Assembly: GCA_010909165.1 (NCBI GenBank)
Contig: MU008169.1
Location: 1,550,001-1,614,000, forward strand
Reading direction: 5' to 3'
Length of the DNA: 64,000 nucleotides
Source: Anthoceros angustus
Lineage: Eukaryota > Plantae > Anthocerotophyta
Below the pieces are notes generated by a model. The model was not told the DNA's origin and did not search any database. It worked only from the letters and a program-made list of their open reading frames with translations. How positions within the stretch are numbered: position 1 is the stretch's first letter; each line of letters starts with the position of its first letter. A program made the translations under genes and the position numbers. Positions 36,311-47,687 of this stretch are shown in pieces.

Positions 36311-39300
36311 ATGCAGCAGGTGATGGCAGCGATTCATGGAGGTCCCAGCGAGATCACAAGGATCGTGGGGCTCTCCCGAAGCTGTGCGGTTGTTCAGGGA
36401 ATGGGTGTTGTGCACCAGCATTTATCGTTCAAGCAGGTTAATCCCGGAGTGCAGCATGTAGGGTTGCTGCGCCAGCATGATGGGGTTGTGAGAGTGGGTA
36501 GGTTGCAGGGTGCGAGCACGTGGTACAAGTTCTCACGGAGGCCTAGCCACTGGAAGGGTTTGGCTGCAGCAGCGTTTGGGCTGCAGATATTCAGCCTCCA
36601 ATCGGCCCATGCCGAGAGTGCCGAGCAGGATGGCAGTGCCACCAGGAAACACGAAGATGTGAAAGCACCTGCGGAGAGGGTGGGGGAGGACAGAGGTCTA
36701 GAGCATGTCAAGGCGGCTGGATCTTTGAGTAAGCCTGAGAGCTGTACTGCTGATGAGCTGCACTTTGTGGCAGTGCCAGGTACAGAGTGGAGGCTTGCAT
36801 TGTGGCGTTATCGCCCAGTGGATCGGGTAAGCTGGATCGAACACCTGCTGCTGAAGAACCGCAATGTTGGAAAGAGATGGAAGCCTTTGTTGTACGTTGT
36901 GGGCTTTTAAAAGTCTGTGAACTGTGCTGATATTTGCAGGCCCCTAATAGATGTCATCCGGTGCTCATGCTATCTGGAATCGGCACAAATGCCCTTGGTT
37001 TCGATTTGGCTCCTGATGTACGTAGATCTATTTGAACTGCTGAGGCTGATCTGTAACCTTTTTATCGTAGGGGGTGATGCATGAATGGTTATATCATGAA
37101 ACACAGTCACGTGATGGTGCAAGAGTTTCAGAAATCATTTGCACATTCTTTCTCAGTTGTTTCGCGTGCTGAGAAATGGCACGTGGAGGAGGCCATTTAG
37201 TGTTTGCATTAGACAACCCAGAAGGTTGACAGCAATTTTATGATGTCAACTGCAGGTTTCCCTGGCCCGGTATTTGTCATCAGCAGGTTTTGACACTTGG
37301 GTATTAGAGGTCAGAGGTGCAGGGTTGGGCAAGAGGGAGGGGCAGGCTTCCATCAAAGAACTGAAGCATGAAAATGGTGCTGCGAAGGAGGTTGCCAATG
37401 CACAAGCTGGTCTTGTAACTTCTGCTTCTATTGTAGATAACTCTGTTTCAGCAGAGAAGTTGTCTCCTCCTCAGAAGGTTGAAGCCCTAGAAGAGGTTTC
37501 CTCTAATGGGAGAAGCGGTGAGTCTGACAGCAAGCTGCCAGATACTATTTGGGCAGTGCTGGAAAGACTTCGAGGTCTTATGAATGAAGGACAGTCCAGA
37601 TTTTTGTCTGCAAAGTTTGTGGATCAGCTTTTAGGTGTTCTGAACGAGTACAGTATTACTGGCCGAATAACGGAATATCAGAAGCGATTGTCAGAACTTC
37701 TAGAAGAAGCACAGAATTCAACCATTGGCAGTCAGCTAGCGGATACGAGGAACAGGTTCATAAAGCTACTTGAAGAATCTCAGCTCTCTGTCTCTCCCCG
37801 AGTCAGTGATCTGCAAGAGCGCATGAGTGCCCTTGTGGACGAGTATCAGAAGATATTGGACCTGATTGGAACCTTTGACTGGGATTTCGACCATTATCTT
37901 GAGGAAGATGTGCCAGCTGCGGTGAGCACTGCACTATCCTACCATGAAAACGAGTGAGATCTGTCTCTATTCAGATCAGTGAATGGTGTGAAATCGCCTG
38001 TGCATTGTGCAGCAAGTGATTCTCGCGTTGTGAGATATCTGCTTCATCACTGACAGGCACACCTGTTGTCAACAGATGGAGTATATCCTAAAAGTGTCTA
38101 ATTCTGTGGATGGGAAACTTTTTGGGATTGGTCACTCCATGGGTGGTATTCTGCTATATGCATCATTAGCAACACGAGGTAGGTCCATCGCAGTATACAG
38201 CCCATGCTCATGTCTCTCTGGCAGTGTAGCGGGAACTGAGAAAGGTTCTGGACTTTGTCTATACTCTGAGAATGCAACATGCTCTTGTTCTGAGGATGTG
38301 GTTTCTCCAGGGGAGCAATCGGGACTTGCTGCGGTCGTGACTGTAGCATCAGCACTTGACTACGGAGTGTCGGACAGCTCCTTGAAGCTGCTGCTACCGC
38401 TGGTTTGATCGCTCACCATTCACAATTGTGACCAATGCACCCAGCAGGGAGAGGTTATATAGATAGTAGCTGATGCCTGTGACTTGCTTCTGTAGGCAGA
38501 CCCGTCACGGCTCCTCAATGTTCCAGTGGTGCCACTTGGAGCACTGATGACAGCAGTGCATCCGCTTGTCACTCGGCCACCGTTCGCATTGGCATGGCTT
38601 GGTCAACAAGTGTCTGCCAACGGCAGCATGGATCCAGAATTATTCAGCAAGCTGGTTCTGAACAACTTCGGTACTGGGGCATTTGCCAGCTTCTGTTCGC
38701 CACTTTTCTGTGGCTGTAACCTTGGAGTCTCTGAATGACGTAGCATGTTTCATGATGTGCTTCAGGTACAATTCCAGTGAAGCTCCTTCTGCATCTCGCC
38801 ACTGTGTTCGAACCTGGAGGCCTGAGGAACCGGGATGGCACGATCTTTTACAAGGAACGTATTGCAGATAACCGAGTTCCAGTGCTAGCTCTTGCTGGAG
38901 ACAGAGACTTGATCTGCCCTCCATCTGCCGTGCTGGGTAAGTGATAGGTGCAACCACTTAGAGGCGTGTGTGCTCTGCATCAGCTCCCTCCTCCATGGTT
39001 CTCATCTGAACAATCTTGCAGATACTGCAAACAAAATGCCGAAGGATGTTGTGACTGTCAAACAGTTCGGGGGGAACGGTACCCACTACGGTCACTACGA
39101 CCTTCTTGTTGGTCGGCAGGTGCAGTCCCTTCCGGTATCTTTGCATCTCATCATGGCTGCTGAGACGTTTCTCATTCTGACTTTTCATTGGTGTCACGGG
39201 CAGGCGAAAAACAACGTGTACCCTCTCATTTTGGAGTTTCTGCTCAAACATGAGAATGCTGAAAGTAAGACTTCAGTCATTTCAATGCAAGTTCCCGGCC

Positions 39301-39404
39301 TCAGGAAACCGCATGAGGAGATGTCTCACGGTCTTCTTTCCTGCACAGGTGCGAGGGGCCAGAGCAGACGTGGTGAACAGGAGTTAGCTTCCGAATCAGC
39401 CTGA
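36311..39404 (+). CDS. Alpha/beta hydrolase family protein (At1g15060-like), multi-exon
   Basis: CTADELHFVAVPGTEWRLALWRY, GFDTWVLEVRGAG, DWDFDHYLEEDVPAA, nucleophile motif GHSMGG and HYGHYDLLVG. Confidence 0.9.
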
Positions 39405-39715
39405 CAGCGATGAATTTTAGTTAGGGGCTGAGGCTCATACAAACATGGTCCCCAGGGGTGTACGGAAGGAATGCCAAGTGTAATTAAATAATTTCTATCC
39501 CGGCTATCTCACATACATTTAGTATCTCCAAGCTCCCTTCTGGAGGCGCCGGACTCTCCTTCTGCACGAGCGCCGACTGAAATCACCGACCTAGATACGA
39601 CGAACAATTTTGTATCGTGCCCTAAACCGTGAAACGTGGTCGTCCAGTGTCGTGTGGTACTTTGGATTCCAGCGGTGTGAATCGAACTTTCTCGATTTCC
39701 ACCTCATGCAAGGCG

Positions 39716-41418
39716 ATGGCTGGCACGCTTATGTCGCACGGCAGCGCCAAGGTTGCGAGGAAGGAGAAGAGGAAGCGGAAGCGAAAGAAGGAAAGCTTTG
39801 CGGAGGAGGTGGAGCAGGAGGAGCAGTGTGAGGAGGAAGAGAAGGAAACGCTGCAACGGGATATGTCTTTTCAGCTGCAGAGGGGAAGCCATAGCTACGG
39901 AGTCCAGCCGCTTGGCAATCTGCTGTTCACCACTTCGCGGAACGTTCGAGACGCTGGTCTTGGCACAATGCGGTACCTCACCGATGAGATGGTGATGGAG
40001 GTGCTCGGGCTGCTGGAGGCTGCGGATTTGGCACGGCTTGCGCTTGTGAGCAAGGCTATGTATGTGTTTTGTCATCAGGACTCGCTGTGGAGGTCCTTGG
40101 TGTTGGAGGAGTTCAAGGGGAATTTCACCTTCCGGAGTTGTTGGAAGAGTACGTATGTCGGCAGTCTGTGGCGGGGAGGCGATCTGCCACGCCATGTACC
40201 CCTGAAGGTGTGCGTCGTGTGTGGATGGGACTTTTGATTGTTGTCTGTGGCAGGGGATGGAGGTAGGGAGTTGAAAGGCGGCGTTTTGATGTGCAGGTGC
40301 AGAACTTCTACTCCGACACCTTGTTTCAGAGCTGGCTCTGTGCCAGTTTGGAGATAAAGGAGGAATGGCTGACGAGAGACAATATAGATCGGAGAAGCTC
40401 GCTTTCTTTGGAGGAGTTCATTGAGCTGTATGAGGAGCCTGGGAAGCCTGTTATCTTAACGGATGTGTTGGCCGGTTGGCCTGCACTGTCTCGTTGGCAA
40501 AGTAGGGATTACCTGGTACAACATGCAGGAGAGGTTAGGTTTGCTGCCGGACCTGTGGACCTAGAGCTGAAGAAGTATTTTGCTTACGCTGACAGTGTGC
40601 AGGAGGAGCGGCCTTTGTATTTATTTGACCCTAAGTTCGGGGAGAAAGCTCCTCAGTTGGCAGCTGATTATGAGGTGCCTGTGTATTTTAGGGAGGATCT
40701 GTTCTCCATTCTTGGGAAGGACAGACCTGACTACCGCTGGTTGATTTTAGGGCCGGCAAGGTCAGGGTCTTCTTTCCACATTGATCCCAACAGCACGTCT
40801 GCATGGAATGCTGTTGTGAAAGGCTCCAAGAAGTGGATTCTCTATCCTCCGGATGTGGTGCCCCCTGGGGTTCATCCTAGCCCCGACGGTGCAGAGGTTG
40901 CTACTCCTGTTTCCATAACTGAGTGGTTCATGAACTTCTACTCGGCAACACGGTCGAGGAAGGACAAGCCCGTGGAATGCATCTGTCGAGCCGGCGAAGT
41001 CGTGTTCATCCCAAATGGCTGGTGGCACACCGTCATCAACCTTGAGGACTCCATAGCCGTCACACAGAACTACGTAAGCAGGTAGGTCCTTTTCTCTCTC
41101 CACTCGTCCCTACTACCCTTAAGTGCAGGTGGTATCCAAAAATCCTCACTCCTTTCTGTTCTCAACAGGAGTAATCTTCTCAACGTGCTGGAGTTTCTGA
41201 GCAGGCCCAACTCAAAGGAGCTTGTGTCTGGAACGACAGATAGGGTTAACCTGTACGACAAATTCAGGAGCAAGTTTGAAGAGCTCTATCCAGGAACCAT
41301 TGCTGAGCTCCAGCAGCGAGCTGACGAGAAGAGAGCAGCGGCTTTGAAGAAGAAGAGGTCGTTCTGGGACTGTGTTCCAGACAGCACGAGCGGAGCTTTC
41401 AAGTTTGGCTTCTCCTGA
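39716..41418 (+). CDS. JMJ22: F-box/JmjC domain protein (JMJD6-like), 3 exons
   Basis: Basic NLS, GVQPLGNL, F-box-like LARLALVSKAMYVFC, GPARSGSSFHIDPNSTSAWN and GWWHTVINLEDSIAVTQNYV. Confidence 0.95.
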
Positions 41419-41575
41419 GTCACTTCTTGGGGCATTCTTTCATTGACACATGGAAGTGGGAAAACGCAAGGGAAGAGTTACTAGCTTCATCATAGCCAAT
41501 TAGCAAAGACTGTGCTACTACTGTGAGGTAAATTTTCTCTTAAATGGGGATTAGGTAACCACTGGCCACACGTCA

Positions 41576-43436
41576 TCACTCACGCAACAGCAGCGACGTC
41601 ATCTCATCTAGGACTGTCTGCTCGGAAACGGACATGGGAAACGGCGGCAGCTCAGGTGGGTCCCTTTCAGCATCCAACAGGAAGTCTCCGGTGCTGGACT
41701 CGGAGTCCGTGTCCAGGCCGAACTGTCCACGATCCCCGATGGCCATCCTGGGCAGCTCGGTGTGATTGGGAGTGGCCTGGAGCATGGCGGCCAGGTTGGC
41801 ATAGCGCGGTTGCGGATGCAGGACAGGCGGGGCTGCTGCACGGCGGCCGTGGGAGCAGGTGTGCTGTCCCCGATAGTAGACATTGAAGACGGATGAATCC
41901 TGGTCGCTCCGTTGTACCTGCTTCTTGGCTTTGCAGCTCAGCTTGGTGCCGCCGGGCGCGTGCAAATCGTCCGGCTGGTTGCACCTGTAGTATCCCCTGC
42001 ACAGGCATTGGAACGGATGAGTCTCGGTTCCTTGCACATTTGGGAATGCGCGTTATCGGATGGAACAGGACTCGGATTTTGGGTTCCTCACCTCTCATGC
42101 ACAGAATTGCGGATTCTCTTCTGCCCGTACTTCCTCCAGGTGAAGCCGTCCTCGGGAATGTCTCTCTCTGGATCGGCGCCGGGCTGCAATGTCATGCGTC
42201 GCCGATCTCCCGGCGAGTTGTACCTTCTGGGTTGCGGTGCCTTCGTCGCCGACGTCCTGCATTTGTGTCAGCATGGGATTGGTTACTCAGTGCCACTGTC
42301 TGGAGGTGTAACGTTGAGGACAGCGGAGGAGGGTGCGTTGGGTTGCGTTCTCACCTTGGGCGGGGTCGTTGCTCGCGCAGGGTTTGCTGCTCCTGCTCCT
42401 GCTCCTGCTCCTGCCTCACCTCCTGTTCAGCTTTGTCGGGGCTGCTTCTGCTCATGTCGGGTTGGTCGGGCTGCGAGGAAGCTTGGAGAAAGTTGGCGAT
42501 CATGTCTCCCAGTTCTTCGAAGGAGTCGGGCCCGGCGGGTTGGTCCTCTGCTCTGCTGACAGCCATTGTGGAAGGACCGGCGAAGTCGGATGCCACTATG
42601 CTGGGAGGCACGAGCGGCAGGATATCGTAGCTGGGGGTGACCATGGCCCGGCTGCCCCTGTAGGCGGTGTAGATGGTCGGAGTGAGCCGGTCGGAAACGG
42701 CCTGCCCGGGGTGGTCGATGGCCGTTGCCCGGTACGCATCCGGGCGCAGAGGGACCTGCAGGGGGGCCAGCGGCGTGCACGGCCTCAACTTGGACGGCGA
42801 GCACTCCGGTGCCTGTCCCTGTGATGAGGAGACGGCGATTTTGTAGCTCGTTTCCTGCTGCTGCTGCACCACGGGGGCCTCCCAGCCTGTGCCTGAGAAG
42901 GCACCCAATTCGGCGAAGCCCGGCAAGGCCAGGTGCGGGGGCGGGAGTTGCCCCCTGTTGAGCAGAAGCAGAAGGCCTCTCACTTCCTGGAGGCATTCCA
43001 GTGCCAGGCTGCAGAAATCCATGGAGGCGTCGAGTTTGGCTTGCAAATTGGGCATGAGCGCGGGCGATACCAGGGGGCAGGGCCCCTGCCCTGAGTTGAA
43101 GACGAAGATCTGCCAGAGCGCCTCCTGGTGGCGGATGGAGAACTCCACCGCCGCCTTGGCCTCCTCTATCAGCTTCCCCAGCCTCTGCTCCTGCAACCAC
43201 GACCCTGGGGCTCCTCCTGACCCAGTTCCTGCTACTCCTGCCGCTGTGCTTGCAACACGATCCCCTCCCGGGTCCTGACGCTGTCCTGCCACCGGACCTA
43301 ACCAAGCCCTCAGCTCCTGAACCCATCCTAGTAGCGCGCCAGCAGCAGTAGCCGAGCTCTCACCAGGCCCGTCCATCAGGCCTTGTCCAGGTTGAAGTTC
43401 CTCCGCGCACTTGTCCAGGCTGAAGTTCGAGTTCAT
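41576..43436 (-). CDS. Group III WRKY transcription factor with lengthened zinc finger, 3 exons
   Basis: EDGFTWRKYGQK, an R-type intron at 42091-41997, then YYRC-x15-C-x23-HTC (C2HC). Exons ~43436-42355, 42256-42092 and 41996-41576. Start codon is uncertain. Confidence 0.92.
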
Positions 43437-44347
43437 CGAGAAACGTCTCGCGCTGATGAACTGGCTCGAGGGAGCCCTTGGCGCCCTTCCTAGGGCCGAC
43501 AAAGCGCGCCCACGGGGCAGCAGCTCCACATTCCAGGACTCGAGCATGAAGAAATTCCGAAACCCAAGCCAGGCAGCCAAAAATCCTCTCCCGCGTTCAC
43601 GCGGCTGCAGCTTGCCTCATTCCTCACATTTCAGAGACAACATGCGCGGGCCGTGGCAAGACCTCATTCTCCTCTCCCGGTCTCTAGATGCAGTACTGTC
43701 TGTTACACAATCGCGACAGCCTGACCTGGAATTGGTTTCAACTCCCTACCCAGTGGCCCCCGGAGTCAAAGACACAGACAGCAACCAGGAGGTAGAAGAA
43801 GAGAAGCAGGTGATCCCATGTGCCGAGCAAGAGCGAGAGCGAGAGCGAGTGCGACATATGATGCAGACATGTCGACTGGGACTGGCGTTGAGGAAATGTA
43901 ACCCCGTTACATACCAGGCCAGCGGGCATCGGCAGTCGACGCGGTAGCTTGACGGGGAACTGTTCTCCCTCTCGTCTTCTCCTCCTTTCCACGGCAGTCT
44001 TGTCGGTTGGGGGCAGCCTGTTGCCTGCTGCCCATCCCCGTCTCTTTCTCTGTCTTGTCCGTCCGTTTCTTACCACATTTCATACCGCTTCCATTCGCGG
44101 ATTCATTGCTCCGGTCAAGGCTTGCCACCAAAACCGGTTAAAAATAGAGATGGGCCCGCCACATTCAGCACGGGGACCGGACAATCTCGTGCTCCTGGCC
44201 ACCACGTGCACATTTCCAAGCCTCGCTGGTCCAGGAACTCCAGAGCGTCACGTCAGGAATAACCTCTCTTAAATAACATTTTGGACTACGTATGTACATA
44301 CATGTATGTACGTCACTAACGACTGAATTTCACCTTAATTTATTCAA

Positions 44348-44514
44348 ATTCAACTCCAAGCTGAATTCGATTCAACTCTTATTCAACTCCAAGCTCAATT
44401 CGATTCAACTCTGATTCAACTCCAGCCTCAATTCGATTCAACTCTGATTCAACTCCACGCTGATTCAACTCCAAGCTCAATTCGATTCAACTCCGACTCA
44501 ATTCGATTCAATCG
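44348..44514. repeat. 33-bp minisatellite (~5 units) built from ~11-bp sub-repeats
   Basis: ATTCAACTCCAAGCTCAATTCGATTCAACTCTG-like units at 44348, 44381, 44414, 44447 (partial) and 44463. Confidence 0.9.
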
Positions 44515-45174
44515 CACTTGAGTGGACTTCACTCGAGTGAAGTCATAGAGCCATCTCGAGCTAAAGAGGGTCTAAATGCACAGTACATGTATCACTGTCA
44601 CTATGCCCTGCATTGTTGTCACTATGCAGGGCATGGCATTGCAGACAGGTTAGTCCACACACTTGGGGGCTGCGGTTTCTCCTCCCTTCGCGTGAAAGAA
44701 CGCGCGCATTGCTCGCCCGCGTCGATCGACAAAGGACTGCCAACCACATTTCCCTGCCAACAAATTCCACCCTTTTTTTGCATTTTAATTAAGTTGTACG
44801 ATCGGGTACAGGCCGTACTCCTGGTATTCATGGGGCAGCTAAAAGGCTTGGGCAACAAGAAACTCCACTCCACATGCCAGGACAGATGCCGTACAACTAC
44901 GAGTTGCGGCTCGTGGCGAGAAGCGAGCCAGGAACTGCCAAAGCCCTCGCAGGCGAGGCGAGCCATTTCCTACAAGTTTCCCTTTGAAACACGTAGACAA
45001 CGTGCCGGCAGCCGGACCTTCATAAGAAAGCCACCTCATTTCACGATGTGCTGAACAATAGGGATCTATAACTTATCTTATGAAAAGAGCTCAAGACATC
45101 GCTTGCTGATTATTATATACAAAGGAGTACCTCGAGATGCCTCACGGTGCATGGAGCACACACCAGCGGCTGCA

Positions 45175-45954
45175 TTACGTCGGGTAGTCCGAATTGATTC
45201 CGAAAATCCGGACTCGGTGCATGTTGGGAAACTTTGCTACCACCATCACAAATACTGCAATGGTGTTAGGGATGAGCCATGGCATCCTGTAGTCTGTGGT
45301 ATGAGAGGCTATCAAGTACCTGCACAGGAGGGCAAAAAGGCAGGGAAGGTGTGCCCGAGGCACACGGTGAGCTACCATGACGAGCTCTCACAAATCCAGT
45401 CAAGGTAAGGCCGAGTCCCTTGCAAAGAACATGCAGTGGGTGAGGGGAACGTACAGAACGACAGGCACCACAGTCAGAAACTTCCTGTTGCGAGTTAACT
45501 GCCTCCCGTCATCTACTTGCTCCCACCATGTGAGCATGCTGTACTCCCCCTGGTCTTCTGCAAAGGGCGTGCCCTTCTTCCAGTGGAAAGATCGGTATGT
45601 CACCTGATCATCACGTCACACGGGGCAAGGCAACGCAAGGCAACGCTCAGCTAGGGCAGGGCAGCTGCATGCGGAAATGTCACTAGGGCAAGCAAGCCCT
45701 GGAGGGTCACTCACAGCAGCATGGATGAGGTTAACGATGCTCCAGGCAGTGCCCGCCTCCACACCGAACACTGAGACAACGGTGAGCCAGGTGACGAAGA
45801 TGATGATGATGTATGTCGTCCACACGCCGGGGTACAGAAACCAGGAGGTGTTCTTATTCAAATCGAGTGGAGGCACCGCCTTCACGTACAGATTTCCCAC
45901 CACCAAGGCGTCCTGCCTCGTTCCCAGCCTGTGCAGAATTCCCTTGTCCGTCAT
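45175..45954 (-). CDS. ORM: ORM/ORMDL sphingolipid synthesis regulator, copy 1 (3 exons)
   Basis: Exons 45954-45715, 45603-45455 and 45319-45175 give NLYVKAVPP.DLNKN...HWKKGTPF..DQG...TWWEQ...QLTRNRKFL...YLIASHTTDY...KFPNMHRVRIFGIN. Confidence 0.95.
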
Positions 45955-47127
45955 GCTGTTCCGCGAGTTTCCACAGTCGTGCAGTCTGCGTTCTCTACTT
46001 TGCAGGACATAACCCTGGGACCTTTACGGGGGACTGTATTTTATCGCCGAGTTTAACAAGGTTGGTGAAAGTTATACTCAGCAGTCAATTTTCCTGTTCC
46101 GTTTGTCCAGACTGTCTCCTGAGAAGGTGGTTGTTCGTGGTAAAGTAAGATCTGCAGGACGTCCATGGACATGAAGTGCAAGGCTGATCTGGCACGATGC
46201 ATATACGAATCGTGCCGACTTCGTGTGCAGACATGGGCAATGTGAACATGTGAACGATGTGGAGAGACTCCTTTGACATGAAAGTCTGTGCATGACTAAG
46301 TTCACACGGAAACCTCCAGCACATACGGGCATCTCTGAAGGATGGGACACAAAGGATGTGAAGTAGACTTCTACCAGGAGAAGGGTATATTGCAGTAGGG
46401 TTCTCGTAGTCCCTGAAGGCTTCAAAACTGTAGGATCTACATTCTGGATTCGATGCACTCCGCATGAAGCCTCTAATATGTTGTAATGCCGATCTGGGAG
46501 CAGCATATGGCCGTCACCCGTGAGCAGAGCAAATACCTTATGCATGCTGACAATGTCTCCAAGATGTGGATTGCGGAAACCGAAACCTGCCCAATTGCAC
46601 AAAAAACGAGATGAAGCTGTACACTGTGAGCCCCGAAGCCTGGATCCGATTGTGGTACTCCCTGGTAAAGAAGCCTCAGGGTAGCTGCCCATCATCCTCG
46701 TGTAAACGGACAGGAAAGAGGGTGGTACGCCTGCTCCAGGGCAGCGAGCAAGCAGCCCTGGAGCAAGAGCATTCACATAACAGCAGTATTGAAAAAAAAG
46801 ATGGACTCTGCATCCTTCACCGTTTTGCTTTTATTTTGGGCAGGCAGCCAGCCAAACAGCTCATGGTTTGCTTTTGCTTTGATAAGGAATGAAAGCGCAC
46901 CTGAGATTCCGGGAATACCATGAAAGACGCTCGCGTCCGTATGCGCCCACTGTTGCTGTTGCAGGAGGGCAGGACATCTCAAGCATGACAGCAAAAAGAA
47001 ATCATGGGCCAACTGCCCGGAAGCAATCATCAGCCAAGCCAGGATGAACTCTGAGATCGATCCATGTGATGACGTCCTAAAAGAGTGATACCTACAAAAG
47101 TCAACAGGGCAAGCAGCCCCACACCAG

Positions 47128-47330
47128 CAACTGAGTGTCAGTCATAGCAAGTGAGAAAGGAAAAAAAGATAAATTCTGCATCCTTCAACGGTCTGCTTTC
47201 AGCATGGGCTGGCATTGGCCGAATCCCCATCAACTGAATTTCAGTCATAGCAAGTGCAGAAAGAAAGAGGACGGACTCTGCATCCTTACGCGGTTTGCTT
47301 TGAGCATGGGCAGGCATTGGCCGCACCCTT
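47128..47330. repeat. ~103-bp tandem duplication with a third partial copy near 46795-46850
   Basis: CAACTGA..TCAGTCATAGCAAGTG...CTGCATCCTT... at 47128 and 47231. Confidence 0.75.
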
Positions 47331-47687
47331 GTGTGGAGAGTGGGGAGTGACAGTAGAGAACAGACCTGCGTGTGGAAGCTGGACGGCAAGCCCGGGGACT
47401 CTAGCCTGCCCAAGTCACTCCGGCAGCATCAGAGCAGATTCACAGTCCTTGGTCAACTAATCAATCCATTCCAGGGGCAGCTGAGTCTGCAGGCTCGGTC
47501 CTTCTCCTCTGGGATCGCGGCGCTGACAGCGGAATCCAGGAGAAGCACAGGTGCACCATCAGGAGAATGCTCCAAGCCATGCTGCCCCACTGCCCGTGAG
47601 GTCCATGTGAGGGAAGACCCAGCTAGTCCCAGAGTCCCAGCTAGTGGGGAGGGGGAGCATTGAGTATTGGCTGCTACTTCATTATTC

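Noticed and set aside
41893-43326. Long antisense and alternate-frame ORFs over the WRKY gene, and similar ones over ELP5, SSL, ECR1 and the PPR gene
   Set aside because: These are shadow ORFs of GC-rich coding sequence.
44348-44514. 33-bp array as a possible CRISPR array
   Set aside because: There are no spacers, and the unit is made of internal 11-bp sub-repeats, i.e. a minisatellite.
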